IMG/VR virus record: IMGVR_UViG_3300022876_000172
Coordinates: 1 to 56,684 of that record
Direction: 5' to 3' (one strand)
DNA length: 56,684 nucleotides
DNA from: a virus
Lineage: Duplodnaviria; Caudoviricetes
A model generated the notes under the pieces. It made no database searches. It saw only the letters and a list, made by a program, of their open reading frames with translations, and was not told the DNA's origin. This document shows, piece after piece, positions 1-8,288 of this stretch (the stretch's first letter is position 1; each line of letters starts with the position of its first letter). The translations under genes were made by a program, and so were the position numbers.

Positions 1-300
1 CTACTTAGCGCAGGCGAACTGTTCGGTCACGGGAATCGCATCGCTTGCTATCCGCCGCGCCCTGCCCACGCCCCACGCCAAGGCACGGGTCATCGACTCG
101 CCTGGACGCGAATCGAATGCTTCTTCGTGAATGGCCATGCCACTGGGGGCATAAACCCCGATGAACATCTGCGTATTGCCTGTTCGCGACAGTCGCACCT
201 GGACATCGATGTAGCTGCCGTCACTTAACGTTTCGTCGTGAGTCCGATGGTGAAGCGTTGGGTCAGCCCAGCCCCAGAAAACGTCGCCGCGAATCCGCAT
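1..300 (-). CDS. Conserved hypothetical phage protein, paralog of 51564-51866
   Basis: Closely similar protein (DPTLHHR.HDETL...RALAWGVGRARRIA) at 51564-51866; GGAGG-like RBS upstream. Confidence 0.85.
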   Translation of the reverse strand: MRIRGDVFWGWADPTLHHRTHDETLSDGSYIDVQVRLSRTGNTQMFIGVYAPSGMAIHEEAFDSRPGESMTRALAWGVGRARRIASDAIPVTEQFACAK

Positions 301-574
301 GTCGCCCCTCCTACGACTTTAGTTGTATACCTAAAGCCACCATAGCCAAAGGCAAACGGCGCGCAACTGTACTCAGTCGAAATGTGAGCTGAATCGGACA
401 ACTGGCAATCACCTGTAAACAAAGCGTTATTCGTTTGCTCACGCAGGCCATCACGTCATGCCAAATCAAGCACCGACAGTCGACGCCAGAGGTCGCTTGC
501 ACGGTGAATTTATGGCAATCTGCCGCGAAATCAAAAACGCAAAATCATGGAAACTAAATTTCAAGAGCACGCTA

Positions 575-1288
575 ATGCCAGAAATTTCAGCAGATAACGC
601 CAGCCTTATTCACAGCATTGCTACAACAACCGCCATCATTGCCGCCTTAGTCTCGGCCTGCGCGGTCATCCTGGCGCACCTGACGTCCGAGGTGCAAAGC
701 AGCGAGTCCGACAGGTCCATGGCCGAGGCCAGCCAACTGATCGCCACAGCCAACCAGTCCGCCGCCCAGTCCCAGTTGAAAATCGAAGAACTCCTGCAAC
801 AGAATGCGGCGTTGACGGCACAGCTGGACGCCGCGAAAAAAGAGCGCCAGGCCATAGAGCATCGCCTGCGGCCCAGAAAGCTGACAGCGCAGGCACAGGC
901 CGCGTTCCAGGCATTGGCGGCAGCGCTCGCCAAAGACAAAGTAGCCCCAACCGTACTGCTCAATATCGTCAGAAACGACGACGAAGCGTTGGCGTTCTCC
1001 AAGCAGATCGCCGTTGCCCTGACCAAAGCGGGCGTGCGGGTACAAATAAAGCAGTTGATGCTCACCAAAGAGGCCACGGGCGTTCAGGCAGTGCTGTATG
1101 ACAGCCCGGGAAGCCAGCAAATCGAACGTGCGCTGAGGGCCGCTAATTTTGCAACGGACATCAGTCGATCGTCGCAAACACCGAAGATCAATATCGATGA
1201 TGACGATAAGCCTGCTATTAGTGCGTTTATCAACGTGTTTCCAAAAGAGATGTCGTTAACAGACACTGCAGCGCCGCACGCAGACTAA
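575..1288 (+). CDS. Membrane-anchored coiled-coil hypothetical protein (accessory gene of the left element)
   Basis: ORF 458-1288; hydrophobic N-terminal helix, Q/A-rich coiled coil, globular C-terminus; start codon uncertain. Confidence 0.65.
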   Translation: MPEISADNASLIHSIATTTAIIAALVSACAVILAHLTSEVQSSESDRSMAEASQLIATANQSAAQSQLKIEELLQQNAALTAQLDAAKKERQAIEHRLRPRKLTAQAQAAFQALAAALAKDKVAPTVLLNIVRNDDEALAFSKQIAVALTKAGVRVQIKQLMLTKEATGVQAVLYDSPGSQQIERALRAANFATDISRSSQTPKINIDDDDKPAISAFINVFPKEMSLTDTAAPHAD

Positions 1289-1433
1289 AACTAACGATCA
1301 TGACTGGCCACCCATCCAGCATGGACGCAAAGCCAGTAACTAACACGCCCGGCTCCGTAGTAGCGTTGTGCATTCTACGAACTTCCAGGTCCGTTAACCG
1401 CAAGGACCTGGGCGATTCAGACCAGGAGGTCAA

Positions 1434-1688
1434 ATGCGTGTTGAGGTGATAGACCAAGCGGCGATAGATTCGGCGCTGATTGCGTTTGCCCGCTATAAAA
1501 TCGGAGAAACAAAAATCTTCGACCTAGAGCGTGCAATGAGCTTTGAAGTGGGTGAGGCTTTGTCCAAGAGCGGACTGGTGAGGTTCACCATTACACAGTC
1601 AGTGTCCGGCCGCTACCGCATCAGCGATGAAGGCGAAAACGCCATCACGGACGCTGGGCGGGCGCGCCTTAAGGTGATCCGAGGGTAA
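1434..1688 (+). CDS. Small hypothetical protein (possible winged helix)
   Basis: Strong AGGAGG RBS before ATG; 84-aa ORF ending ITDAGRARL. Confidence 0.65.
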   Translation: MRVEVIDQAAIDSALIAFARYKIGETKIFDLERAMSFEVGEALSKSGLVRFTITQSVSGRYRISDEGENAITDAGRARLKVIRG

Positions 1689-1914
1689 GCCCGCTTTTAT
1701 GATCCGGTACAAACAGCTTCACCTCGGGCACTAAGGGCAACGCACGTTCCACTTACCCTAGAGGTGAAGCGTGCTTCGGCGTGCGTCAAGAGGCATTGCA
1801 CAACGCACACGGTCCTTTGGTGATATCGCCTGCCCGAGGCCCTTCGTGGTCCAACCAAGCAAAGGTGGGCTGTGGAGCTGCGATGCAAGTGTTACAATCC
1901 CCCCATTCAAATCA

Positions 1915-2159
1915 GCGCTCAAGCGCTGGACATCCGTGATCGCCGTCAGTACGACACCCGCCACACCTACGCAACCCTGTGCCTGATGCCTGGGATGAAC
2001 CCTGCGTTCATCGCGAATCAGCTCGGCCATAGCGTTGAGATGGTGCTCTCTACATACGCGAAATGGATCAGCTCCTCCTCGGACTGGAGGGAGCTGGAGA
2101 AGCTGCCGCCCCGCGTCGAATTGGCCCAAAATTGGCCCAAAACTGACACGAGGGCCTAA
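1915..2159 (+). pseudogene. 3' remnant of a tyrosine integrase
   Basis: RHTYATLCLMPGMNPAFIANQLGHSVEMVLSTYAKW aligns with the C-terminus of integrase 54904-56097; N-terminal part absent. Confidence 0.9.
2121..2142 (+). repeat. Tandem direct repeat TTGGCCCAAAA x2, probable arm-type site of the older element
   Basis: Same position (integrase 3' end, before the att core) as the GGTATCA repeats at 56058-56076. Confidence 0.55.
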
Positions 2160-2191
2160 ATACACCTCTGGAACCCCCGCAGGACAAGCAC

Positions 2192-2223
2192 TTGATTTCT
2201 ACCGCCAACATCACCATGCAGTT
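2192..2223 (+). repeat. attL (displaced copy of the ybiT 5' end)
   Basis: TTGATTTCTACCGCCAACATCACCATGCAGTT versus TTGATCTCCACCGCCAACATCACCATGCAGTT at 56118-56149; 23 bp exact core. Confidence 0.95.
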
Positions 2224-2245
2224 TTTATGGGGTGTTCGCCGGTGA

Positions 2246-2323
2246 TAAGAGGTTGATTTTGCTGGGTTAAACACCCCTCCATCCCCCGCCTCACCCCTGC
2301 GAGTGGTATCAAAATTGGTATCA
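2246..2323. promoter_or_regulatory. att arm: IHF site plus integrase arm-type repeats
   Basis: Reverse complement AATCAACCTCTTA fits WATCAANNNNTTR; TGGTATCAAAATTGGTATCA matches TGGTATCAAATCGGTATCA near attR. Confidence 0.7.
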
Positions 2324-2619
2324 CCCTCTGATCACTGAAGCATCTGCAGGAGGGTCGCTCAGACGTCCTGTCAACGGATTTCAAGACAATCTCCCAATCA
2401 ATACGAGGCCAGCGGCGGGATCAATTCCAAAAAAATACGAAACGGCACTGCTACAGACCGCAAATCCCAAGGGCCACCGCTTCGGTTTTGGAATCGCTTT
2501 TGACAAGACAAACCCTGGAAGCCCTACGATTTGCGAACGTTATGGCCTGCGCTAAGCTGAGGTAAGCGAAGTGAAGGTTTAATAGTTGTCTTCAGTCATC
2601 CCGCGCAAAAGCATTCCTT

Positions 2620-3282
2620 TTGTCGATTAATAAAACGAGGTGTGCAATGGGCAGATCTGCGACTCTCTGTGGTGGAAAAGATGCTGTTTCCTCGATAAGC
2701 TGGGATGCAATTAATTCTCATAGATCGGAACTGAGGCGCCAGCTTGAGAAATACACTTCTGAGCCAGCCTGTGTAAAGGGTGCGCCCACAGATGCCAGAA
2801 ATCCGGGTGATTACCTCGAGGCACTAACAATGGGGCTTGTCTCAATAATCAAAGAAGAGCTTAATAACATAGCCGATCACAAACCAGGAATAGGAAGTAA
2901 GATTTGTTTTGGAGTGATTTATGCGGAGCTTTGGCGGCAGGCCACTCTGATTAAGACCCATCTCATCGGGGAAACGGATATGAACATACGCCTCCCCCAT
3001 GCAGACCCGGACCCGGGTGTCGAATTGGTCAGCCGAGAATGTCTCAAAAGTCTCCATGAAAAATGGCGAGACTGGCAAGGCAACCCGGCCCAGAAAGGGG
3101 TAGTGGAATTAGCAAGCCTTCTTGCCGATGCCTATCTTAAAGCCATGGGAGAGTTGCGCTTATCCGCTGAAAATGAAAGTGCCGCAATGCTTAAGCATCA
3201 CATAGAAATCGTAGGCGACATATACCAAGAAATCCTTGCTTTACATGCTACGCTTTTGCCTACGGACCTAAAGCAAGACTAA
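2620..3282 (+). CDS. Hypothetical helical accessory protein at the prophage end
   Basis: 220-aa ORF, AT-richer than the phage core, followed by a hairpin; start may be ATG 2647. Confidence 0.65.
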   Translation: MSINKTRCAMGRSATLCGGKDAVSSISWDAINSHRSELRRQLEKYTSEPACVKGAPTDARNPGDYLEALTMGLVSIIKEELNNIADHKPGIGSKICFGVIYAELWRQATLIKTHLIGETDMNIRLPHADPDPGVELVSRECLKSLHEKWRDWQGNPAQKGVVELASLLADAYLKAMGELRLSAENESAAMLKHHIEIVGDIYQEILALHATLLPTDLKQD

Positions 3283-3365
3283 GCGAGGCGCTAAGCGCAT
3301 TTTTCTGAAGTACTCACTAACGCGTTTCAACGTACCCATGACAATATGACACTAACGTAATAAAT

Positions 3366-3399
3366 ATGCCCAGACCGCGCTTTTTGCGGTCTGGGCATT
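3366..3399. terminator. Probable bidirectional intrinsic terminator
   Basis: ATGCCCAGACCGC-loop-GCGGTCTGGGCAT perfect stem between convergent genes. Confidence 0.7.
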
Positions 3400-3467
3400 A
3401 AGCGTGCTAATACAGACCAAGCAGTTTCGGCGACTTTCTTCTAGTAAACTGGTGATCTTTCAAGCGG

Positions 3468-3722
3468 TTAGATAGCAAAGTTCCACATTAACCCATTTCT
3501 CGACTCTGGAGGAGCGGCGTCTTCATACTCAATCAGCGCCCACAGCCTGGCAGCCTCGGCCATCTCTAGCATATCCACCAGGTCGCAATCGTCGACCTCT
3601 CCCCGCCGATGCGCTGCATAGGCCATTTCATCGAGCACCGCTGCGTGCCCATCGGGATCCGCGACCAGTGCGACCTGATCGTTCAGCTCGTCCAGCCAAG
3701 CCGGCGGCAAGTCACTTGTCAT
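3468..3722 (-). CDS. Hypothetical acidic phage protein (second gene of a LexA-box operon)
   Basis: [16 protein letters not shown]..., overlaps the end of the upstream gene. Confidence 0.7.
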   Translation of the reverse strand: MTSDLPPAWLDELNDQVALVADPDGHAAVLDEMAYAAHRRGEVDDCDLVDMLEMAEAARLWALIEYEDAAPPESRNGLMWNFAI

Positions 3723-4020
3723 AATCACCTGCCGCCCGGCACCACCAGGACTGCGCGTACAGCACGCCATCGATCTCTTCCAGCCCGGTAATGTTCATCC
3801 CGAGCTGGGCCATGCCGTTCACGCAGGCATCGTGCAGCCGGGGGATGATGTCGGGCCCGGGCGACGGGTTGAACACCCACGCCTGGGTCGAAACCCGGCC
3901 CAGCGGCTCACTGTGGTAGTCACCGATGTGGATGTCGGCCCGCAGGGGCTGTACCTTTCGCAGCTGATCGGAAGCAATGGCCACGCCGTGCTCGCGGCGG
4001 CGAACGAGGAGGAAGTACAT
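3712..4020 (-). CDS. Hypothetical phage protein, probably SOS-regulated
   Basis: [15 protein letters not shown]...YAQSWWCR directly downstream of a LexA box. Confidence 0.75.
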   Translation of the reverse strand: MYFLLVRRREHGVAIASDQLRKVQPLRADIHIGDYHSEPLGRVSTQAWVFNPSPGPDIIPRLHDACVNGMAQLGMNITGLEEIDGVLYAQSWWCRAAGDYDK

Positions 4021-4030
4021 AGCGCACCAA

Positions 4031-4050
4031 TACTGTATATAGATACAGTA
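4031..4050. promoter_or_regulatory. LexA (SOS) box
   Basis: TACTGTATATAGATACAGTA, near-perfect CTGT-N8-ACAG consensus. Confidence 0.85.
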
Positions 4051-4145
4051 TCGTATATTGCAGGAAAGACCTGGGCAATCCGTACTGGATAGGTGGCATT
4101 CGCTCCAGCTATCCTTGCCCGCCCTAAACACCGGATGAGATATCC

Positions 4146-4433
4146 ATGGAAATTCGCGTTCTGCTGCTAAGTGCTGTAGTGGCCCTTGGTGGCTGTGCTT
4201 CGTCGTCAAAAACCTACACGGCCGACGGCCGGGAAGGCTATAGCCTCGATTGCTCTGGCACAGCACGGAACTGGGGTATGTGCCTAGAGAAAGCAGGAGA
4301 CCTATGCGGCGCGCGTGGGTATGACGTGCTTGAGCGATCTGGCGATCAAGGGGCGATGGTAGGGGCTGGGCAGTACGGGATGTATGGCAGCACTACCCAG
4401 ACTCGCAACATGCTCATTGCCTGCAAGCATTGA
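4146..4433 (+). CDS. Small Cys-containing lipoprotein (moron)
   Basis: Signal peptide with lipobox LGGC; four further Cys. Confidence 0.8.
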   Translation: MEIRVLLLSAVVALGGCASSSKTYTADGREGYSLDCSGTARNWGMCLEKAGDLCGARGYDVLERSGDQGAMVGAGQYGMYGSTTQTRNMLIACKH

Positions 4434-4475
4434 ATACAGCCACTCATGTGGTTCGACAGCCTACAAATCCAGGCT

Positions 4476-4700
4476 TCAATGCAGGGGCGGCAAATCCTTG
4501 CCGCGCGCCTTGGCAATTACCCGAAACTGATAGTCGGATACCACCTGGAACAGAGACTCAGCAAGCTGATGTAGGCGTTCCACTTCTTCTGGCGGCGCAC
4601 CCCGCTCCTGGGCTTGATGATACTCACGCAGGGCATCCATAGCCTGTTGGATCAGTGGCTCGCCGGCCTCTACCATGCCAATGAAGGTGCGCTTGTCCAC
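4476..4700 (-). CDS. Conserved small hypothetical protein, copy 1
   Basis: Near-identical to 5437-5661 at DNA and protein level. Confidence 0.8.
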   Translation of the reverse strand: MDKRTFIGMVEAGEPLIQQAMDALREYHQAQERGAPPEEVERLHQLAESLFQVVSDYQFRVIAKARGKDLPPLH

Positions 4701-4851
4701 ATCCCTACCTCTGTCAGTTCACGTACGCAGTATAAGACGGCTCGTGGGCTTGGTCAGAAATCCTCGATCAGTCAGAGACTTTCGCTCCACACACCTAGTC
4801 GATTAATGTAGGAACGATATGTGCTGTCTATCACATAACGAGGGAATGCAT

Positions 4852-5259
4852 ATGTGGAATCGAAATCAGTCGATGGCGCCTGGCGGTGGACGTTACACCG
4901 GGCCTGGCGGGGGCATGTATACGGGCCCTGGAGGTGGAGCGTACTCCGGTCCTGGTGGGGGCATGTCAATGGGGCCAGGGGGAGGATTATCGATTGGTCC
5001 TGGTGGAGGACTTTCAATGGGGCCTGGCGGAGGGCTTTCGATGGGGCCCCGCGGGGGGCTATCAATGGGGCCAGGAGGTGGCCTATCGATGAGTCCCGGT
5101 GGCGGCCTGAGCATGGCATCAGGAGGCGGCTTGTCTATGGGAGCTGAGCCCTACATGAGCAACATCCCACCATGGCCTATTTTTATCCGTGAGCTTGAGA
5201 AGCGCGGTCTCCATCAGTACGCCAAGATGATTAGAGATCTTCTTCCTTACCCCGTTTAG
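4852..5259 (+). CDS. Glycine-rich octapeptide-repeat protein, (GPGGG-L/M-S/Y-M/T) x11
   Basis: Repeat conserved in protein while codons vary synonymously; GAGGGA RBS; non-repetitive C-terminal tail. Confidence 0.8.
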   Translation: MWNRNQSMAPGGGRYTGPGGGMYTGPGGGAYSGPGGGMSMGPGGGLSIGPGGGLSMGPGGGLSMGPRGGLSMGPGGGLSMSPGGGLSMASGGGLSMGAEPYMSNIPPWPIFIRELEKRGLHQYAKMIRDLLPYPV

Positions 5260-5399
5260 CATCTTTCAACGCGTCGTAAAACGCCTCGCAAGTTTGACCT
5301 GCTATTTGGGCGCGGTCATAAGCCTGCGCCAGCTCTCCCGCTCGTTCGTCAGCCCGTGCGAGCAAGTCGGAGAGCACCATGGCGGCGCGGGTGGCTGCC
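5256..5399 (-). pseudogene. 3' remnant of a second Rz/DUF2514-like spanin gene
   Basis: Minus strand reads AATRAAMVLSDLLARADERAGELAQAYDRAQIAGQTCEAFYDAL, similar to the C-terminus of 5703-6236. Confidence 0.75.
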
Positions 5400-5436
5400 A
5401 TACACTACCTACAACAGTTACCCGGCAACGGGTGGT

Positions 5437-5661
5437 CTAGTGCAGCGGCGGCAAATCCTTGCCGCGCGCCTTGGCGATTACCCGAAACTGATAGTCGGAT
5501 ACCACCTGGAACAGAGACTCAGCAAGCTGATGTAGGCGTTCCACTTCTTCTGGCGGTGCACCCCGGTCCTGGGCTTGATGATACTCACGCAGGGCATCCA
5601 TAGCCTGTTGGATCAGTGGCTCGCCGGCCTCGACCATCCCAATGAAGGTTCTCTTGTCCAC
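5437..5661 (-). CDS. Conserved small hypothetical protein, copy 2
   Basis: Duplicate of 4476-4700 (one amino-acid difference, E/D). Confidence 0.8.
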   Translation of the reverse strand: MDKRTFIGMVEAGEPLIQQAMDALREYHQAQDRGAPPEEVERLHQLAESLFQVVSDYQFRVIAKARGKDLPPLH

Positions 5662-5702
5662 TGCCGCGCTCCATGTCGGTGAAAGCAAAGTATAGGCACT
5701 GG

Positions 5703-6236
5703 TTACGGCGGCTTCATCCCGTCGGAAACTGCTTCACAGGCCTGCCCAGCTATTCGACTTCGCTCAAGCGCTGCCGCGAGGTCTCCCGCCATTCGGTCAG
5801 CCTCTTCAAGCAATCCCCCAAGCACCACGACGGCAGAGGCTCCTGCCTTGCGCTGCTGGGCAGCGATGGTGTCGCAGGTTGCTGATCGGCCAGCGCGCAG
5901 TCGGGCGATTTCACCGCGCAGCCCACCAGCAGCAGACTCAGCAACAGCGGCGCGGCCCTGGGCCAGTTCCAGTTTCTGTCGTGCACTCTCACCCTCCTCG
6001 TCCGCCAGGGATTGGCGGCGCTGCTCTTCTGTTCTAGCCTGGGCCGCGGCGCGCCGATCGCGGTCGGCAACTTGAAGGCGGTAGTCGGCCAAGGCCTGGG
6101 CCGACTTGGCAACCTCCACCATGGCGTTGGCAGTCGCGCCATCGGCCACCACCACCCGGTACTGCTGGCCGCCAGCGACCAGTATCAAGGCGATCAGCCA
6201 GCAGCACCAGGCCGGCACAGCGCCAAGCCAGCTCAC
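5703..6236 (-). CDS. Rz-like inner-membrane spanin (DUF2514-like)
   Basis: N-terminal TM, Ala-rich coiled coil, follows the endolysin with a 4-bp overlap. Confidence 0.85.
   Translation of the reverse strand: MSWLGAVPAWCCWLIALILVAGGQQYRVVVADGATANAMVEVAKSAQALADYRLQVADRDRRAAAQARTEEQRRQSLADEEGESARQKLELAQGRAAVAESAAGGLRGEIARLRAGRSATCDTIAAQQRKAGASAVVVLGGLLEEADRMAGDLAAALERSRIAGQACEAVSDGMKPP
5750..5986 (-). CDS. Embedded Rz1-like outer-membrane lipoprotein spanin
   Basis: Alternative frame inside Rz; GGAGG RBS, GTG start, lipobox LLLVGC, Pro-rich mature part. Confidence 0.7.
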   Translation of the reverse strand: MHDRNWNWPRAAPLLLSLLLVGCAVKSPDCALADQQPATPSLPSSARQEPLPSWCLGDCLKRLTEWRETSRQRLSEVE

Positions 6237-6721
6237 GCTAGTTTCGCGCCTAGTTCAACCCAGTGATTGATCAGCTTGTCCAGGCGATGCGGGTTCTGGC
6301 CGTAGGTATTGCCCGGGAAGCTGGCCCAGATGTTCGAGCACTTGGCGATCGCCTGCTGGATGCGTCCAGCCTTTATGTCGTCCAGCGCCCGGCGCTCCCG
6401 GATCTGCTGCAGCGCTATGCGATCCTGATTCTCTGGCGTGAACCCGCCAGCCAGGCGAAGGCTGACTCGGTACGCGTCCCAGTAGCGCTCAAGCAACTGA
6501 TACCGGCCGGCGGCTGTGCTGGTTACCTGCTTGCCGTTGATTGGGAAGGTCAGCTTGCGCCGCGGATGGTCGGTGTATCCACTAAACAGGGCTCCGCCAT
6601 ACAGCACGTTATAGCCGTCATCGCTCCCTTTGATGGTCGAGGTGCCTTCAGAAAAGGCTATGAGATCCAGAAAGCGCAGGACGCTGGAGCCGCCTACATC
6701 GGAAGCAGAGATTTTAGCCAT
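6233..6721 (-). CDS. Endolysin, lambda R-like lysozyme/transglycosylase
   Basis: FLDLIAFSEGT, STAAGRYQLL, FTPENQD, IWASFPG motifs. Confidence 0.92.
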   Translation of the reverse strand: MAKISASDVGGSSVLRFLDLIAFSEGTSTIKGSDDGYNVLYGGALFSGYTDHPRRKLTFPINGKQVTSTAAGRYQLLERYWDAYRVSLRLAGGFTPENQDRIALQQIRERRALDDIKAGRIQQAIAKCSNIWASFPGNTYGQNPHRLDKLINHWVELGAKLA

Positions 6722-6844
6722 TGTTTCATACCTATACCCATATTCAGATGTCCGCATCAGCTGATGCAGCTAGCGAGGCATTTCATTTTTCTTGGTAAAT
6801 CGCTACAATTTACGATTTACGATCAAATCCATGGAGCGGTTTAA

Positions 6845-7537
6845 GTGGCAGTTAGCATTAAGAAGCTCAGCAATTACGAAGACAGCAACGGAAACAAAAT
6901 CGAATTTCCCGGAACAATCGAAAGCAATGTAAGCATCACGTTTCGGGGCCAAAACAACAAACTAGTAGTGGAAGAAGGCTTCAGAACCGCTAGCCTCACT
7001 ATTACTTTTGACTGCAATAACGCCACTTGCTTCATAGGAAAGAGCACTTTCAGGGGGTTCATCAGAATCGGCGAAAGCTGCACGATTTCAATTGGACAAG
7101 GTGTAACTTGCACAGACAACACCTACATTTCTACTGCAGAGCATTCTTCTGTAATTATTGGAAATGACTGCATGATCGCATCATCCGTGCAGGTGCGCTG
7201 TGATGACGCCCATCCTATCTTCTGCGTTAAAACTGGAGATCGGATAAACCTTCCCGAACCAATCATCATTGGAAACCATGTGTGGTTAGGCGCTCGGGCG
7301 GCGATCCTAGGCGGAACAGAAATTGGTGAAGGCTCAGTGGTTGGATTCGGCAGCATCGTAAAAGGCGACTTCCCTAATAACTGCGTTATAGTTGGAACAC
7401 CTGCAAGAGTTGTACGAAAGGATGTCGCTTGGGAAAGACCACATCTAACTCTTAATGAGCCCTACTACAAGCCAAACTCTGACAGCATCACAAAGTCTCA
7501 GTACTGGAACGCAACAGTGGCTAAATCTCAGCCCTAA
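6845..7537 (+). CDS. Left-handed beta-helix O-acetyltransferase (NeuO/OatWY-like), moron
   Basis: Hexapeptide repeats, IGNDCMIA..VRCDDAHPIF..TGDRIN, IGNHVWLG, GTPARVV; AT-rich, opposite to late genes. Confidence 0.85.
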   Translation: MAVSIKKLSNYEDSNGNKIEFPGTIESNVSITFRGQNNKLVVEEGFRTASLTITFDCNNATCFIGKSTFRGFIRIGESCTISIGQGVTCTDNTYISTAEHSSVIIGNDCMIASSVQVRCDDAHPIFCVKTGDRINLPEPIIIGNHVWLGARAAILGGTEIGEGSVVGFGSIVKGDFPNNCVIVGTPARVVRKDVAWERPHLTLNEPYYKPNSDSITKSQYWNATVAKSQP

Positions 7538-8288
7538 ATGTCATGTATATATTTCCAAGCCCGCTGATGTCTTGGAGCTGTCCGGTGCCGCCGTCCACGA
7601 AGGTCACCTTGGCGGTACCGTCGTCGCGGTTGTAGCGGCCGCACAAGGCATGCAGACGGCGCCCAATGAGCGTGGTGTTGTCGTCCGTCAGCTGCGCGAT
7701 CATCAGTGGGTGCAAGCGCATACCGGCGCCGTCGTTGCCGCGCATCTTCACGGTCAGCGAGGCCGTGGCGGCGTCATAGCTCAACCCCTTGATGCCGTCG
7801 GCCTGATAGTTGGTATTAAGCGAGGGCACCCCGGAATCGATCAGGATCAGGCCACGCGCCAAGATGCGGGGCGCGCCCAGGTCGGTGTCGCCAATACGGA
7901 TACGGGGGGTGTGGAACTCAAAGGTGCCGGCGCCCATGGCGGCAAAGTTGCCGATGGCAAACGTCACGCGCAGGTTTTCCGGCGAACTCAGCGGCGTGGT
8001 GAAGCTCACCACGTATTCACGCCACTCGGGCGAAGTAATGTCAACGCTGCCGCCACCGCGCCCCAGCGGCAGGTAGTCGATGGCCACCGCGCCGCCGACA
8101 CCGCTGATCGCCCGCGCAAACAGCTTCATTTCAACCTTAACGCCCGGCCCGACCAACACGCTCTTTTCGTACTTGGTCGACACGCTCGCCGGCGAGTAGA
8201 TCCGGCCGACACCGTCCGTGATCGAGTAGGTGCCACCCACCCCGACCATCGACGGGATGAAGGTATTCAGATCGCTTGGAATGTTCAT
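7521..8288 (-). CDS. Beta-rich tail-associated protein (possible carbohydrate-binding module)
   Basis: ATGA-coupled to the GDPD gene; segment DITSPEWREYVVSFTTP resembles CBM jelly-roll strands (inference). Confidence 0.6.
   Translation of the reverse strand: MNIPSDLNTFIPSMVGVGGTYSITDGVGRIYSPASVSTKYEKSVLVGPGVKVEMKLFARAISGVGGAVAIDYLPLGRGGGSVDITSPEWREYVVSFTTPLSSPENLRVTFAIGNFAAMGAGTFEFHTPRIRIGDTDLGAPRILARGLILIDSGVPSLNTNYQADGIKGLSYDAATASLTVKMRGNDGAGMRLHPLMIAQLTDDNTTLIGRRLHALCGRYNRDDGTAKVTFVDGGTGQLQDISGLGNIYMTFRAEI

Noticed and set aside
4893-5114. Pro-rich minus-strand ORF (PPPGPID)n
   Set aside because: Antisense shadow of the Gly-rich gene, which has an RBS and a unique C-terminus
4876-5140. 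24-nt periodic repeats as a CRISPR array or VNTR
   Set aside because: No spacers; variation is mostly at synonymous positions, consistent with a coding repeat
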